A stretch of DNA of 64,000 bases from an uncultured Chloroflexia bacterium (lineage in GTDB: Bacteria > Chloroflexota > Limnocylindria > QHBO01). The stretch covers positions 32,001 to 96,000 of the forward strand of contig CAWHAZ010000007.1 in NCBI GenBank assembly GCA_963827475.1, read 5' to 3'. A program made the translations under genes and the position numbers. The notes beneath the pieces are model-generated. The model saw nothing but the letters and a program-made list of their open reading frames with translations. It did no database searches and was not told where the DNA came from. This document shows, piece after piece, positions 63,305 to 64,000 of this stretch; the stretch's first letter is position 1, and every line of letters begins with the position of its first letter.

Positions 63305-64000
63305 GCCGCCCCTCGCGGCTCATCACGATCCTCGCCGGCGTAGAACTCGTAGAAGACCTCCTCCAGCCGGGCCGGCTCGATGAGCAGGTCGACGAGTGAC
63401 GGGGAGGCGACCGCGCGCACGAACGGAGCTACGTCGCCCGAAAGAGTGGCCGTGATCCGATCGCGGGTGGTCACGATGTCGGCGATGCCGGGAACCTCCG
63501 ACAGGTCGGGAGCCGCGCCTCGCCAGCGGAGGCTCACCCGCCGCTTCCGACGCGCCAGCAGCTCGTCCACGTGCTGGACGGCCATCAGGTGACCGGCACG
63601 GATGATCGCGACGCGGCTGCAGATGCGTTCTACCTCGCCGAGGTAGTGGGAGCTCATGAAGATCGTTCGGCCCGCTTCGCGGAGGTCCTCGAGGACCTCG
63701 TAGAACGCCAGCTGCATGAGCGGGTCGAGCCCCTCGGTCGGTTCGTCGAGGATGGCCAGCTCCGGGTCGTGCTGGAGCGCCTGGATGACGCCGATCTTCT
63801 GCCGCATCCCGCGGCTGTAGTCGCGCACCCTGCGGCCCAGGTCGCTGCGCGACAGCTGCAGCCGCTCGGCGAGCTCGTCCCGGCGCACCGGCTCTCGCTG
63901 CTGGATGTCGGCGTAGTACTCGAGTGACGCGGCCCCGGTGAGGGATCCATACACCGCCATGCCGCCGGGGAGGTATCCAACCTTGCGACGCAGGGCGACC
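63301..64000 (-). CDS. ABC transporter ATP-binding protein (5' end off window)
   Basis: YSRGMRQK signature, ILDEPTEGLDP, SSH. Confidence 0.92.
   Translation of the reverse strand, partial: VALRRKVGYLPGGMAVYGSLTGAASLEYYADIQQREPVRRDELAERLQLSRSDLGRRVRDYSRGMRQKIGVIQALQHDPELAILDEPTEGLDPLMQLAFYEVLEDLREAGRTIFMSSHYLGEVERICSRVAIIRAGHLMAVQHVDELLARRKRRVSLRWRGAAPDLSEVPGIADIVTTRDRITATLSGDVAPFVRAVASPSLVDLLIEPARLEEVFYEFYAGEDRDEPRGAA

Noticed and set aside
59847-63326. Long antisense or alternative-frame ORFs (e.g. 59847-63326, 34106-36487, 23749-26100, 1-612)
   Set aside because: These are shadow ORFs typical of high-GC DNA. They are Arg/Pro/Gly-rich or antisense to well-supported genes.
1-64000. CRISPR arrays, rRNA, IS elements, prophage genes
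   Set aside because: No regularly spaced repeats, rRNA-like segments, transposase or phage motifs were seen by eye.

Overview
High-GC bacterial chromosomal segment with about 50 protein genes and one tRNA-Gln(CTG). The gene style suggests Chloroflexota or a similar Terrabacteria lineage, but this is inference only. Housekeeping genes include mdh, upp, a bactofilin, gltX, mutY, an aspartate kinase, thrB, tag, thrC, a kgd/sucA-type 2-oxoglutarate dehydrogenase, hutI, a P-type ATPase and ABC proteins. Two accessory themes stand out. (1) Five class III nucleotide cyclase + STAND/AAA ATPase + TPR-like proteins, three of them in a tandem array coupled to gltX, with conserved N-termini and divergent C-terminal sensor regions. 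(2) A ~12.5 kb catabolic cluster (family III CoA-transferase, PTE-type lactonase, Zn dehydrogenase, TRAP transporter, two convergent IclR paralogs, acylating aldehyde dehydrogenase, ThDP enzyme, citryl-CoA-lyase-like protein, cupin) that shares a visible promoter/operator motif. Other signals are a candidate ~75 nt small RNA with its own promoter (1458-1533), pervasive leaderless transcription, a lysyl-oxidase-like lipoprotein, a Cys-free peroxiredoxin-fold protein and a CYTH-like-Ppx fusion. About 20 genes, including essential ones, carry single-base frameshifts that are most likely sequencing or assembly errors. Coordinates of split genes are reconstructed by eye. No CRISPR array, integrase or transposase was seen.
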